From Patescibacteria group bacterium (GTDB taxonomy: Bacteria > Patescibacteriota > Doudnabacteria > UBA920 > VMFF01), in contig JBBTQQ010000001.1 of the NCBI GenBank assembly GCA_038065615.1, positions 25,577 through 71,084 on the forward strand: DNA of 45,508 nt, in the 5' to 3' direction. The position numbers were made by a program, and so were the translations under genes. Numbering within the stretch: the stretch's first letter is position 1; every line of letters starts with the position of its first letter. Of the stretch, positions 1-10,018 are shown in pieces. The notes beneath the pieces are model-generated. The model had not been told where the DNA came from. It saw only the letters and a list, made by a program, of their open reading frames with translations, and searched no databases.

Positions 1-100
1 TTTGTGGCTGTGGACTTTCTGTTGGAGCAGGAGGTATTGGTGTGTTTTGTGGCTGTGGACTTTCTGTTGGAGCAGGAGGTATTGGTGTGTTTTGTGGCTG
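1..100. repeat. Perfect 45-bp coding tandem repeat, at least 2.2 copies, truncated by window edge
   Basis: 1-45 equals 46-90, and 91-100 repeats the first 10 nt. Encodes PQPQNTPIPPAPTES on the - strand. Confidence 0.95.
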
Positions 101-2425
101 CTGGTTCTGATTGCCATAATCCCAAGTAAAGTTTATGACATGCAGGTCTTCTATGTTTCCGGCTTTGTCGCTGCTGTAAAAAAGCAGTTGTTGCGTGTCG
201 ATCGGAATATCCACTAACGTATCATCCAAAATCGCTTTCCATGCTTCCCCTGAATCTAGAGAATATGCTGATTGAAAAACTCCTGAAATATCATCACTTA
301 CCTTAAAACGAAACTTTTTATCACTCAAACTAACCGCAACATCGCCATCTGTTGTTGTTTGGCTATTACTAACTCTTTTAAAACTGCTCTCTGGTGGATT
401 AAGGTCTTCCACAGAATCATTCTGTTGATATGTCGGTACTATATCCTCCGCGTTATTATCTCCATCATAATTCTGTAAAATTCCATTATCACCCTTGATG
501 TTTAAAACCAATCTCTGTTTAATGGTTATATTCTCATAGTTATTCGTTGTTTCAGTCGTGTTCCCTGAGTTAGTTATGTAATTCTTAACAGTTGCGCTAA
601 CCGGACGGCTTATGCTTGTTGCTTTTGGTCTTGCGCTTAATGAATACTGCTGGGTATTCCTAGTCGGCAAAAAAACATAATTATCATTACCAACTTGTGT
701 TTCTGTATATTCAAAACCAGCTGACAGATCTTTTTGGGTTACTGGATCTGTAACTACAATTTCCAAATCACTTGGTAAATTAACCAACTTTCCTTGCAAC
801 CCGCAAAAATCTGGTTTGAAAGAATACCCTGGCGCCAGATTCTGTATCTTTATGCCATGCATAAGAGCATAAATATATGCTGAATTCTTGTCCTGACTTA
901 ACATTGTTGAATGTTTTGAATCAAGAACAAAAAGAGTTTTTTGGTTGTCTGTTTTCAAAAATTTAGCACTTGCTAAAGGCACTGTTCCATCTCCGCTATC
1001 AGATAATATTCTGTATTTAGGTTGATTCAAAAATTTCTTTGTTAGGGAAGGCGCTCCTGAAAACATCTTAGTTATGGTTTTCACAGTAAAGACTCCACAA
1101 CCAACAATATTGTAAAGATCAACTCCCAGTGTTTTGTAGTCAAAGTTATCCAAAACATCATGAAGCGCTTCAGCTTCATCTAGAAGTCTACTGTTCTTAC
1201 TTAAAGAAACAAGCATTGCTTTGCTTCTCGTGTAATCCAATATTCCAGAGTTAGCAATATTTGTGATGTCATCATAATACCCCGGCTGATGTTTAAAATA
1301 TTCTTTAGAAGGAAGGGCTTGATATATACTTGGCATATTTTGAGCAATATTGCGTATTTCATCTTGATTCAAAAGCGGAAAACCAAAATTGTCTCCAAAC
1401 ATTAGAGTCTTAGCAGCCTGAGGGGTGCCTAAGTTTGGCACACCTACAAAAATTGCTTTATCAATCTTTTGTGAAGCTCCTGTATCTAAAATATATTTCT
1501 TGGCAATCAAACCTCCAAAACTATGAGCAACAATGTTTACTTTCAATGCACCTGTATATCTAATGACATCAGATATCTTCTTGCTTAGCTTTGCTGCATT
1601 TTCCGTTATTCCAAGCCGCCAATCATAATTAAAAAGGTAGAGGTCGTTATCCAACGTGTAACCACCTGCAACAAAGCGCCCCTGAAGCCTACTCATATAT
1701 TCAAAGCTTCCCAAGGGATATGATATGTTCTGCAAAACAGGACCTATAGCAATAATTGGACCACTCCCGTTTGAATTAAGAGCCAAAGGATCCATAAAAC
1801 GATCTGCTTGCTCGGCAATTGTTTTTTCAATGTTTGGCCAAAGAATCTCACCACTTGTTGAGTTTAACTGTGTTCCCAACAAACCAGGAATCAATATGAC
1901 CGGATTTCTTGGAACAAAATTTTCCCGTATTGGAAAAGATCCAGTGTGCAAAAAAGAACCATTGCCATCTATTCCAGCAAAATAGCTAATACTTGAATAC
2001 CTCGAAGCATTCTCAATTAAAAAATGACATGTATCACATTCCATTGGTAAATCAATCTCATCATTCCAAAGCTCAACTCTGTTGTCTGTCACAAAGCGCA
2101 AACTAAAGTTGAGCACGCGTGCAGGTACACCGTTTTGCGTGTTTGGCCCAAGCGCAACTCTATTATCTGTTGAACAATCAGGTTTATGCAGAAAAAGGTT
2201 CCCATTCCAACCGCGCCCGTCAGCATAATCCGGTTTCAATTTAAAATGAATTGCTAAAAATCCATTCGTATAGTCATGTCTTTCATAGTTATCAAACAAA
2301 TACCCGTCATTAGTAAAAAATGCCCGACATTGTGATTCAGGCAAAACTTCTGATTTTGCAACAGGAATACCAAGAAAAGAAACCAAGAGACTCAAAACTA
2401 GGATTGTGTGTATTATTTTCTTCAT
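1..2425 (-). CDS. Secreted LCAT/PGAP1-like alpha/beta-hydrolase (lipase/acyltransferase) with Pro/Thr-rich repeats; 3' end outside window
   Basis: Not in the ORF track, apparently because it has no stop in the window. Hand translation from ATG 2425 gives signal peptide MKKIIHTILVLSLLVSFLGIPVA, PVILIPGLLGT, YDWR, nucleophile motif AHSFGG (~1528-1511), GVPNLGTP and in-frame PQPQNTPIPPAPTES repeats at the window edge. Confidence 0.85.
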   Translation of the reverse strand, partial: MKKIIHTILVLSLLVSFLGIPVAKSEVLPESQCRAFFTNDGYLFDNYERHDYTNGFLAIHFKLKPDYADGRGWNGNLFLHKPDCSTDNRVALGPNTQNGVPARVLNFSLRFVTDNRVELWNDEIDLPMECDTCHFLIENASRYSSISYFAGIDGNGSFLHTGSFPIRENFVPRNPVILIPGLLGTQLNSTSGEILWPNIEKTIAEQADRFMDPLALNSNGSGPIIAIGPVLQNISYPLGSFEYMSRLQGRFVAGGYTLDNDLYLFNYDWRLGITENAAKLSKKISDVIRYTGALKVNIVAHSFGGLIAKKYILDTGASQKIDKAIFVGVPNLGTPQAAKTLMFGDNFGFPLLNQDEIRNIAQNMPSIYQALPSKEYFKHQPGYYDDITNIANSGILDYTRSKAMLVSLSKNSRLLDEAEALHDVLDNFDYKTLGVDLYNIVGCGVFTVKTITKMFSGAPSLTKKFLNQPKYRILSDSGDGTVPLASAKFLKTDNQKTLFVLDSKHSTMLSQDKNSAYIYALMHGIKIQNLAPGYSFKPDFCGLQGKLVNLPSDLEIVVTDPVTQKDLSAGFEYTETQVGNDNYVFLPTRNTQQYSLSARPKATSISRPVSATVKNYITNSGNTTETTNNYENITIKQRLVLNIKGDNGILQNYDGDNNAEDIVPTYQQNDSVEDLNPPESSFKRVSNSQTTTDGDVAVSLSDKKFRFKVSDDISGVFQSAYSLDSGEAWKAILDDTLVDIPIDTQQLLFYSSDKAGNIEDLHVINFTWDYGNQNQQPQNTPIPPAPTESPQPQNTPIPPAPTESPQPQ

Positions 2426-2490
2426 GCTATTAATACGCAAAAGACATTAAAAATACCTTAATTTTTGATTAACTTTTGCTGTTTCCCCTG

Positions 2491-2508
2491 TTATCCACCT
2501 TGTCCACC
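2491..2508 (+). promoter_or_regulatory. Two tandem DnaA-box-like sites upstream of dnaB
   Basis: TTATCCACC (8/9 match to TTATCCACA) and TTGTCCACC (7/9). Confidence 0.35.
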
Positions 2509-2581
2509 TATGGGGAAATTGTCCCTGCATTGTTAATCTGTTAAGATGGTTTTAATCTCTTTTTAATGAATATTTAATGTT

Positions 2582-4006
2582 ATGGAAAACATACCAAATC
2601 TCGGACAAATAGACAGACTACCTCCTCAAAACCTTGAAGCAGAAGCAAGCGTTCTGGGTTCTTTAATGATTGATAAAGACGCAGTCGTTAAAATTGCCGA
2701 CATTCTTCATTCAGACGATTTCTACGATGAGCGCAACAAAGCTATATATCTTGTCATGCTTGAGCTTTACGAAAAAAGCATATCCATAGATATCCTTACT
2801 GTTTCAAACCTTTTGGATGAACAAAAGAAATTAGATTTTGTTGGTGGCTCTTCATACCTAGCAACCTTAGTAAACTCAGTTCCATCAGCTGCACATATCA
2901 CTCACTACGCCTCCATTGTTCGAAGAAAAGGAACACTTAGACGTTTAATCCATGCTTCCAACGAAATCACGAACATGGGTTTTAAAGAAGATGGTGATAT
3001 TGAAAACATCCTTGATTCAGCAGAACAAAAACTTTTTGGTGTTTCTCAAAAGTTTTTGAAACAAAACTTCATCCCAATTACTCAGGTTTTGCACGAAACA
3101 TTTGATCGTCTTGATGACTTACACAAAAACAAAGGCAAGTTAAGAGGAATTGCTACTGGGTACATTGATTTAGACAACCTACTAGGTGGTTTACAAAAAT
3201 CAGACTTAGTCATATTAGCTGCTCGTCCTTCCATGGGAAAAACATCCCTTGCTTTAGATATTGCAAGAAATGTAGCTGTCAATTCAAAGATGGGTGTTGG
3301 TCTATTCTCTCTTGAAATGAGCAAGGATCAATTGGTTGATCGTTTGCTCTCTTCAGAAGCTGATGTTAACCTTTGGAAATTAAGAACAGGTCACCTTTCA
3401 GATGAAGGACCAAACAATGACTTTGCAAGAATCGGCGAAGCAATGGGTCGCCTTTCTGAAGCCCCAATATATATTGATGATGCTGCTGGTTCTACAATCA
3501 TGGAAATTAGAACCAAAGCAAGACGTTTACAAGCAGAGCAAGAGCTTGGATTAATAGTTATCGACTACTTACAGTTGATGCAAGGACATAACTCTGAAAA
3601 CAGGGTTCAGGAAGTTTCTGAAATATCCAGAGCCTTAAAAGGCTTAGCTCGTGAATTAAATATTCCTGTACTTGCACTTTCTCAGTTAAACCGCGCTGTT
3701 GAAAACAGACCTGACAAAAAACCTTTACTAGCAGACTTAAGAGAATCAGGATCTATTGAACAAGATGCTGACGTAGTTATGTTCATATATCGTGAAGATA
3801 TGTACAAAGGAAAAGAATCTCAACATCCTAACATTGCTGAAATTCACATTGCTAAACACAGAAACGGACCAACAGGAAAAATTGAATTGTTCTTTGACAG
3901 TGAAAAAACATCATTCAGAAACCTCGACAAAAACTTCAGCCAATCAATTCCCTCACCCGCAGAAATCATCGCACCTAGTTCTGAAGAAGGAGGCTTAGAT
4001 TTGTAA
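2582..4006 (+). CDS. dnaB: Replicative DNA helicase DnaB
   Basis: PPQNLEAE, Walker A AARPSMGKT, IDYLQL, LSQLNR, DLRESGSIEQDAD, KHRNGPTG. Confidence 0.98.
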   Translation: MENIPNLGQIDRLPPQNLEAEASVLGSLMIDKDAVVKIADILHSDDFYDERNKAIYLVMLELYEKSISIDILTVSNLLDEQKKLDFVGGSSYLATLVNSVPSAAHITHYASIVRRKGTLRRLIHASNEITNMGFKEDGDIENILDSAEQKLFGVSQKFLKQNFIPITQVLHETFDRLDDLHKNKGKLRGIATGYIDLDNLLGGLQKSDLVILAARPSMGKTSLALDIARNVAVNSKMGVGLFSLEMSKDQLVDRLLSSEADVNLWKLRTGHLSDEGPNNDFARIGEAMGRLSEAPIYIDDAAGSTIMEIRTKARRLQAEQELGLIVIDYLQLMQGHNSENRVQEVSEISRALKGLARELNIPVLALSQLNRAVENRPDKKPLLADLRESGSIEQDADVVMFIYREDMYKGKESQHPNIAEIHIAKHRNGPTGKIELFFDSEKTSFRNLDKNFSQSIPSPAEIIAPSSEEGGLDL

Positions 4007-4599
4007 TGCTAAGGCTCCCCTCCTCAATTGAAAAATTAATAAACGAGCTGTCTAAACTTCCAGGCATTGGTCCAAAAAGCGCCAGTCGCCTAACTTTGTA
4101 TTTACTTAAAAAACCAGACCTTGATTTAACGCTTCTTTCAGAAGCTGTTTCAAACTTAAAAAAAGACGTTCTTTTCTGTTCAGTGTGTCATAACATGACA
4201 GAGACAGAAACATGCTCTGTTTGTACAGACCAAAACAGGGACAGAAGCATACTCTGTGTTGTTGAAGAACCACTTGATGCACAGGCACTTGATGCCACAG
4301 GAGCCTACAAAGGGCTGTATCATGTCCTAGGCGGTGTTTTAAACCCTCTTGAGGGAATTGGACCTGATAACCTAAACGTTGCTTCCCTAATGCAAAGGTT
4401 AGCGAATAGCGAGTTTAAAGAAGTCATCCTAGCAACCAATCCTTCCCTAGAAGGAGAAACAACAGCAAACCATCTTCAAAAGCTAATCCAACCATTAGGA
4501 TTAAAAGTTACAAAGCTTGCCAGGGGTCTACCAATTGGCGGAGATTTAGAATACGCTGATGAGATAACTATAACCAGAGCGTTGCAAGGAAGAAGTTAG
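4006..4599 (+). CDS. recR: Recombination protein RecR
   Basis: LPGIGPKSA HhH motif, C4 zinc finger, Toprim CVVE and ATNPSLEGETT, GGDLEYAD. Confidence 0.97.
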   Translation: MLRLPSSIEKLINELSKLPGIGPKSASRLTLYLLKKPDLDLTLLSEAVSNLKKDVLFCSVCHNMTETETCSVCTDQNRDRSILCVVEEPLDAQALDATGAYKGLYHVLGGVLNPLEGIGPDNLNVASLMQRLANSEFKEVILATNPSLEGETTANHLQKLIQPLGLKVTKLARGLPIGGDLEYADEITITRALQGRS

Positions 4600-5333
4600 T
4601 TGTTGTACAAAGCACCACTGCAGTTTGAAGAATACGGATCATTGTTTTCAGAAACAGTAACAAAGATTGGAATATCAGAATACAAATATCCTTGGGTGTA
4701 ATATGTTAGATGTTGTTCAAAATCAGAAACAGAAAGAACGCAGCTTGCACTTTTAGAAGCTGCTTTTTTGTATGCATCTTCTTGCGAAGACTTAAACTGG
4801 TCTGCATACTCCCTAGTTATCTCTCCTTTTTGTATTTCAGTATCTAAAGCACTCTGAATGTATTCCATGCTTCCACTAATATATTTTTCATATATCTCAC
4901 ACTTTAAACCAACAGAACCTTTTACTTCATAGAATCTTGTTGTGCTGTATCTTGCAAGACCAGAAGCAAGCGGATGCTCTCCTGAAAAGTTTAGTGTTGC
5001 AGAAAAACTCTCACAGTTATTCTCTACTGCTTTTTTCAAACACGAAACATTAGAATTACAAGCCTGCTCTGATATTTTTGGAACTGTTGTGTTCGGTTGA
5101 GTTACCTTAAGCTTAGTTTCTGATGGTGTTTGAAAAATATTACCTGATATTGGTTCTACTATATTTTCTTCAACAGGTTCTCCTTCAAAACCACCACGAA
5201 TTCTTTCGTTAATAAAAGAAGGGGTATTTTGTTTCGTTGTAGCTACATTAGTACTAACTGGCTTTGCATTACAAGCAGCAGCAAGAAAAAAAATTAAACT
5301 CAAAAGAATTGTTTTTTTGTATTCCTTTTGCAT
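4596..5333 (-). CDS. Hypothetical lipoprotein
   Basis: MQKEYKKTILLSLIFFLAAAC lipobox. Start moved to ATG 5333, 6 nt after TGcTATTAT. Confidence 0.7.
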   Translation of the reverse strand: MQKEYKKTILLSLIFFLAAACNAKPVSTNVATTKQNTPSFINERIRGGFEGEPVEENIVEPISGNIFQTPSETKLKVTQPNTTVPKISEQACNSNVSCLKKAVENNCESFSATLNFSGEHPLASGLARYSTTRFYEVKGSVGLKCEIYEKYISGSMEYIQSALDTEIQKGEITREYADQFKSSQEDAYKKAASKSASCVLSVSDFEQHLTYYTQGYLYSDIPIFVTVSENNDPYSSNCSGALYNN

Positions 5334-5367
5334 ATGCATATAATAGCAGAAAAAGAGGCCATACAAA

Positions 5368-5407
5368 CAGAAGCCGCCGAACAATGATTAATTGCCGGCG
5401 GCTCTGC
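5368..5407 (-). terminator. Probable intrinsic terminator after 5420-6409
   Basis: Inverted repeat gccgccg...cggcggc with flanking cag/ctg; TTCTGTTT follows on the - strand. Confidence 0.55.
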
Positions 5408-5419
5408 TTTAAAAGATAC

Positions 5420-6409
5420 TCACTTGTCCTTGATGACGATCGTAAACAATCGCAGTTTCTGCTGCGAGACGCTCGCATTTGGATACGGCCCTTCGCTCCG
5501 CTCCTTGTTAGCGATGTACTCCACGGTTTCACCGTCCGAACCAGGCAGGTATCCATGGCAGAACTTCTCTGGAGAAAAGAAATAGCCAGGATTTGTAATG
5601 AGCTCATCCATCTCTGGAATTCCATCACGACTGCCACCAGAAACCGTTCCTTTGAAATCAACACCATTATTTGATACAAAGGTTCGGTTCTTGCTGTAAA
5701 AGCAGTGAGTTCCCCAAATACCGACAACTGCAGTCCTTGGGGACAAGGAGTCAGCTTCAATCTTTGGAACCTTCAGCATGAAGCTAATTCTTGCTGTGTC
5801 CGCCTTAGTTTCGTCAATCCCGGTACAGATCAACAAAATGGTTTGCTGCCACTTGCCAACTGGCATTGTGCTACCAGTCTTAAGCAAACTGTCATTAACC
5901 GAAAAAACAATCTTTTCGGTTTTTGGATCAGCTCTCTGCGGAGTCCCCGGAAGAATAACCGAGGAAAGACTACCACAGTTGCTTACCTGGTATTTGATAC
6001 GAACTTCTGTATTCAACGCCAGACTGTCTTGAAAGGTTTGGCTGAAGAGCGCTTTCGGTGCTGGAGGCTGAATTACTGTGACGGCAACAGAACCGACCAC
6101 AATATCATCAGCCAAATATTTCACCTGATACAGCCCACTGACCTTCAAAACTACTTTCGTCTCAGTCCCCGAAGGATCAATCACGGCAAGGATGGTCTCT
6201 GATGGATCCAACACCAGAAATACAGTATTGCAATGCCCGTTGTTCGGAGCTCCGAAAGCAACTGCGCTGCCGTAGGCAACAGTGACCGGCAAATTTGGAG
6301 TCACCTGAGCCTGACACTTGGGCTTCGGTTCAATAATACCGGAGTTACTGTCTGAACCCTTGCCACAAGCAACAACAAACAGCAACAAAGCTGCAAGTAT
6401 CTTTTGCAT
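5420..6409 (-). CDS. Hypothetical lipoprotein, beta-rich
   Basis: MQKILAALLLFVVAC lipobox; AGGGGGAG SD-like sequence upstream; GC visibly above the flanks. Confidence 0.75.
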   Translation of the reverse strand: MQKILAALLLFVVACGKGSDSNSGIIEPKPKCQAQVTPNLPVTVAYGSAVAFGAPNNGHCNTVFLVLDPSETILAVIDPSGTETKVVLKVSGLYQVKYLADDIVVGSVAVTVIQPPAPKALFSQTFQDSLALNTEVRIKYQVSNCGSLSSVILPGTPQRADPKTEKIVFSVNDSLLKTGSTMPVGKWQQTILLICTGIDETKADTARISFMLKVPKIEADSLSPRTAVVGIWGTHCFYSKNRTFVSNNGVDFKGTVSGGSRDGIPEMDELITNPGYFFSPEKFCHGYLPGSDGETVEYIANKERSEGPYPNASVSQQKLRLFTIVIKDK

Positions 6410-6467
6410 AACTCCCCCTTGTGGTTTCTCTTTCTGAAAAAACAGCGTTACTGACTAATATGTAAAG

Positions 6468-7961
6468 TTAACGAATCTCTAGTCTGGCATCAGTTCTGAA
6501 TGGAATGACAACGGGAATAACTGAGCCGGAAATTGTAGTAACACTTATAGCATGTCCTGTTGCTCTAAACCCTTTTAAACCGTTGTATGATACTGCTACA
6601 TTTGTACTATTAACATCAAGTTTAAATGTATAAACCTCGCCACAACCTAAATTAATCAACAAGTTTTGTCTTCCATCGTTTGCATTAACACTAAATGCTA
6701 CGATGCCACGCACATCAACAACATAGTCATGCTGATCAAAGCTTGTTTCCCCTGCGGAGTTTATACTTCTAGAAAGATCAACACTGCACTTAACTGTTCC
6801 GTTCATCGTCGCAATCGCGATATATCTTGTAGCAGCGTTTACAGAACTCGAGGCATTAAGATAATAGGTGGTTGTTGCAAACGGGGTGTCAGTAATACTA
6901 CCTGAAGATATTGGACTCACAGGAACATTGTTACCTAAGTTTCCTCCGCTTATTGTTACGCTTGTGCAATTCTTTGTTGTCCAGCTAAGTGTGGTTGGTG
7001 ATCCTGAATTAAAATTAGTTGCGCTAAAACCAACGATTGAACATTGCGCTTGTGTGCGCAACACTAAAGGAGTAGTGCTAACATTCAAATTACCAAAATC
7101 TGATCCTGCCGAAAGATTCCAGGTATCGCCATCATTGGGTGTTACTATCTTAGACCCTGATATATTTTCACCGACTACTGGATAATTTGGTCCTGACAAA
7201 CCAACAGTCGTGCAGTTTGCAGTATCCCAGCTAATAGTTGTGCTAGAACCTACGTTAGTTGGATTTGGACTGGCAGAAAAAGAAAGAATCCGGCATGTAG
7301 TAGCTGGACTAACTGTAACTTCCTGTGTCCTTGTGTTTGTTTGTGTGCCATCAGTAAGAGTATATGTAGTGGTACTTGATGGTGTTTTTGTTGTTGAACT
7401 GTTAGTGTTGGTTATGCTTTCAGAATTACCCGCAGAATCACTAAGCGTAAAACCCGTGCAGTTAGATGAACTCCATGATAACTGCGTGTTGCTACCAGCG
7501 GTGATAGTCAGAGGAAAAGCGCTGAAACTCGTTATCTTACAAACAGGTGCTTGTTGGGTAACTGTAATAGTTACAGGCTTTGACACGGATAGACCATCAA
7601 GATCAGTAGCTGAAAATATGTAAGTGTATGTTGTTGGGTTGGCGTTGTAAGTAAGTACGCCTGTAGAGTAGCTGCCAAACGCGGATTTGTCATAAGTAAC
7701 ATATGGAGCGCCACCAGATTGATCCGAGCTTCTAGGCACGGTTAATGTAATATTGCTACAACCAACAGAGTCCCAAGCTATCGTTGCGGCTAATCCAGAA
7801 ACCACTGTTTGTGATGAGGGACGAACTAAAATCCCTAAATCGCAACCCGCCGCATTAACAACTTTTGAATTGCCTGCTGGAAAAACCAAAAATGTGATTG
7901 CTAGAATGATAAAAAGAACATTTGAAACCGTAAGTTTATTTATTCGTTGAATAATGGACAT
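6468..7961 (-). CDS. Secreted Ser/Thr-rich protein with tandem Ig/PKD-like repeats
   Basis: Signal peptide and 3-4 repeats of pattern C.I..FSA.P....G....(L/I)SW....CT. Confidence 0.75.
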   Translation of the reverse strand: MSIIQRINKLTVSNVLFIILAITFLVFPAGNSKVVNAAGCDLGILVRPSSQTVVSGLAATIAWDSVGCSNITLTVPRSSDQSGGAPYVTYDKSAFGSYSTGVLTYNANPTTYTYIFSATDLDGLSVSKPVTITVTQQAPVCKITSFSAFPLTITAGSNTQLSWSSSNCTGFTLSDSAGNSESITNTNSSTTKTPSSTTTYTLTDGTQTNTRTQEVTVSPATTCRILSFSASPNPTNVGSSTTISWDTANCTTVGLSGPNYPVVGENISGSKIVTPNDGDTWNLSAGSDFGNLNVSTTPLVLRTQAQCSIVGFSATNFNSGSPTTLSWTTKNCTSVTISGGNLGNNVPVSPISSGSITDTPFATTTYYLNASSSVNAATRYIAIATMNGTVKCSVDLSRSINSAGETSFDQHDYVVDVRGIVAFSVNANDGRQNLLINLGCGEVYTFKLDVNSTNVAVSYNGLKGFRATGHAISVTTISGSVIPVVIPFRTDARLEIR

Positions 7962-7964
7962 TTT

Positions 7965-8477
7965 CTATTTTCCTTTCACAAGATAGCTAATAATTACGTC
8001 AAGCGTTTTATTATCAGACAAACCTGTCAAAACAATATTCATATCAGCTTGTACACCCCTGCCATACAAACTGGCAATGGGTTTTTTGTCATCAACAAAA
8101 TTATTAGAAATGTAATATCTGTTATCTTTTAAATACCGCTGATATTTTAAATCAGCAACACCAATGTCATACTTTAAAGTAAACTCTGTGGTGTATTGCT
8201 TGCCTCCCTTGCCATAATCAATAGAATAGCTTTGAAGAATCTTGACATCCTTAGCACCAAGCAAAAGCTCTTCTGGAAAACCAGAGATTAGTGTCCCGGA
8301 CAAAGACTCAGTTCTTTTAAATATGTTCTTTCTGTGATTAACCCTTTGAATGTACGTTAATCCCGCGAGAATTATGACTAACAGGACAAAACCAAAAATC
8401 CGCACTCGCGTTTGTGCGTTTTTCTTTTCATTTATATTTGGTTGTTCTGCCCTGTGTATTTTTTGGAAAGGGTACAC
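7965..8477 (-). CDS. Hypothetical membrane-anchored protein
   Basis: 170-aa ORF with one N-terminal TM segment, closely coupled to the next gene. Confidence 0.65.
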   Translation of the reverse strand: MYPFQKIHRAEQPNINEKKNAQTRVRIFGFVLLVIILAGLTYIQRVNHRKNIFKRTESLSGTLISGFPEELLLGAKDVKILQSYSIDYGKGGKQYTTEFTLKYDIGVADLKYQRYLKDNRYYISNNFVDDKKPIASLYGRGVQADMNIVLTGLSDNKTLDVIISYLVKGK

Positions 8478-8530
8478 TAGAAACCCTTTTTAAAGCTCTT
8501 ATGTATCACTAGTATACCAAATACACGAAC

Positions 8531-8561
8531 AAAAAACAAGACCGCACTTGCGGTCTTGTTT
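8531..8561. terminator. Intrinsic terminator after rplU
   Basis: aaacaagaccgc-actt-gcggtcttgttt perfect stem with A/T tails. Confidence 0.85.
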
Positions 8562-8569
8562 AACTTCTT

Positions 8570-8878
8570 TTAAATCTTGATAATCTCTAGTTCTGTGTAG
8601 TTTTGTCTGTGTCCCTGTTTTCTTCTGTATTTTGACTTTGCTTTGTACTTAAAGACAATTATCTTCTTAGAACGAGCTTGTTTCAAAACCTTTGCTTCAA
8701 CAGAAGCATCGGATATGAATGGTTTACCAACAGTAACATTAGCACCGTCTGCAACCATCAAAACTTTTTCTAACTTGATTAAACTGCCAACTTCACCGGC
8801 AATCTTTTCAATCTGTATTTTGTCACCTTTTTTAACCAAGTACTGTTTGCTACCTGATTCTATAATTGCTAAATTCAT
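8570..8878 (-). CDS. rplU: 50S ribosomal protein L21
   Basis: AIIESGSKQYLVKKGD...KIIVFKYKAKSKYRRKQGHRQNYT. Confidence 0.97.
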   Translation of the reverse strand: MNLAIIESGSKQYLVKKGDKIQIEKIAGEVGSLIKLEKVLMVADGANVTVGKPFISDASVEAKVLKQARSKKIIVFKYKAKSKYRRKQGHRQNYTELEIIKI

Positions 8879-8938
8879 TGTTTAATTTCTTTCCTGTATT
8901 GGGATATATAAATTAAAAAGGCTTTTAAAGCCGAGGTA

Positions 8939-8967
8939 ATCATAGCAAAAGAACGAAAAACCGTCAA
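8939..8967 (-). promoter_or_regulatory. Sigma70 promoter for rplU
   Basis: TTGACG-17 nt-TATGAT. Confidence 0.75.
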
Positions 8968-8977
8968 CAAAGTTGTA

Positions 8978-10018
8978 CTAGACGTGCACATTTGCAGAGA
9001 TCAGAAGATTTTGTAGTTGTTTTTTGATCTTCCTTGATTTGGCATGCTTTAACATTCCTAGATACGAGGGAATGCTCTTACTTAAAAATTCTTGGTTTCC
9101 CATTTTAACTTTTAATTTTCTAAACATCCTTTTCTTTGTCTTAATTCTAATAACGGTATGATACGGACGTATTACATAACCTAAAAAATCGATTCCTTGT
9201 GAATACTTCCTAAATATTATTTTTCTTGGATGCAGAATGAGTTTAAGCTTTTTGTCTAAAAAGACTTGAATTCTAGGGACCAATGTTTCTAAAGACTCTT
9301 TGTCTTTAGCTAAGAATATAAAATCATCGCAATATCTTAGATAGTACAGCTCTTTCAATTGATGTTTTGCGAACTGATCTAGTTCGTTCAGATATACATT
9401 AGCGAATAGCTGGCTGGTCACATTTCCCAACGGTATTGCTTTTCCCTTCTGTTTTTCAAAACTGTACAAAATTACCTTGAGCAAACAAACCACATCCTTA
9501 TCCTGAATCTTGTTTTCCAGTAATTCCAAAAACAGGCCATGGTCTATTGAATCAAAGAATTTACTAATATCGCATTTAAGCGACCAAATGTTCTTCTTGT
9601 TATTCTCACTTACTTTAACCGCAAACTGCTCAAGCCTCTTTACAGCCCTATGAATACCTTTTTTGTTTCTACAAGAATACGAATCATGGATAAATGAAAT
9701 ATCAAAGACAGGATACAATATTCTAAAAATTGCATGGTGCAATACCCTATCCCTGACTGACGCCTTATGTATATGCCTGACCTTTGGATCAGTTACATAA
9801 AATGGGATATACTCTGAATGCTCGTATGTCTTACTTTTGAGTTCGTTGTGCAATTTAAACAGGTTGTCTTCCAGATTGTATTCAAAGCTCTGGACATCTG
9901 GTTTGTTACGTTTTCCTCTTTTAAACTCACGCCAGGCCAAAAATAGATTTTCTAAACTAATTATTTTCTCAAAGCTTCCATGACCCAAAATATTTCTATT
10001 AACACGCCCCCCCCCCAT
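8978..10018 (-). CDS. DGR reverse transcriptase
   Basis: 346 aa. DPKVRHI, RDRVLHHA, DSYSCR..KG, KCDISKFFDSIDH, DGR-type IPLGNVTSQLFANVYL, catalytic RYCDD, GIDFLGY. No maturase or endonuclease extension. Confidence 0.95.
   Translation of the reverse strand: MGGGRVNRNILGHGSFEKIISLENLFLAWREFKRGKRNKPDVQSFEYNLEDNLFKLHNELKSKTYEHSEYIPFYVTDPKVRHIHKASVRDRVLHHAIFRILYPVFDISFIHDSYSCRNKKGIHRAVKRLEQFAVKVSENNKKNIWSLKCDISKFFDSIDHGLFLELLENKIQDKDVVCLLKVILYSFEKQKGKAIPLGNVTSQLFANVYLNELDQFAKHQLKELYYLRYCDDFIFLAKDKESLETLVPRIQVFLDKKLKLILHPRKIIFRKYSQGIDFLGYVIRPYHTVIRIKTKKRMFRKLKVKMGNQEFLSKSIPSYLGMLKHAKSRKIKKQLQNLLISANVHV
10007..10016. repeat. C10/G10 homopolymer at the RT/avd start junction
   Basis: Ten consecutive C on +, read as ATG GGG GGG GGG on -. 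Confidence 0.95.

Noticed and set aside
1-100. CRISPR array, or the + strand ORF 2-217
   Set aside because: Repeats are contiguous with no spacers and are in frame in the - strand gene.
8978-10018. RT as group II intron, retron or CRISPR-associated RT
   Set aside because: It is short, has the GNxTSQ motif, lacks a maturase/endonuclease extension and the retron VTG motif, and lies beside avd and a TR/VR pair.
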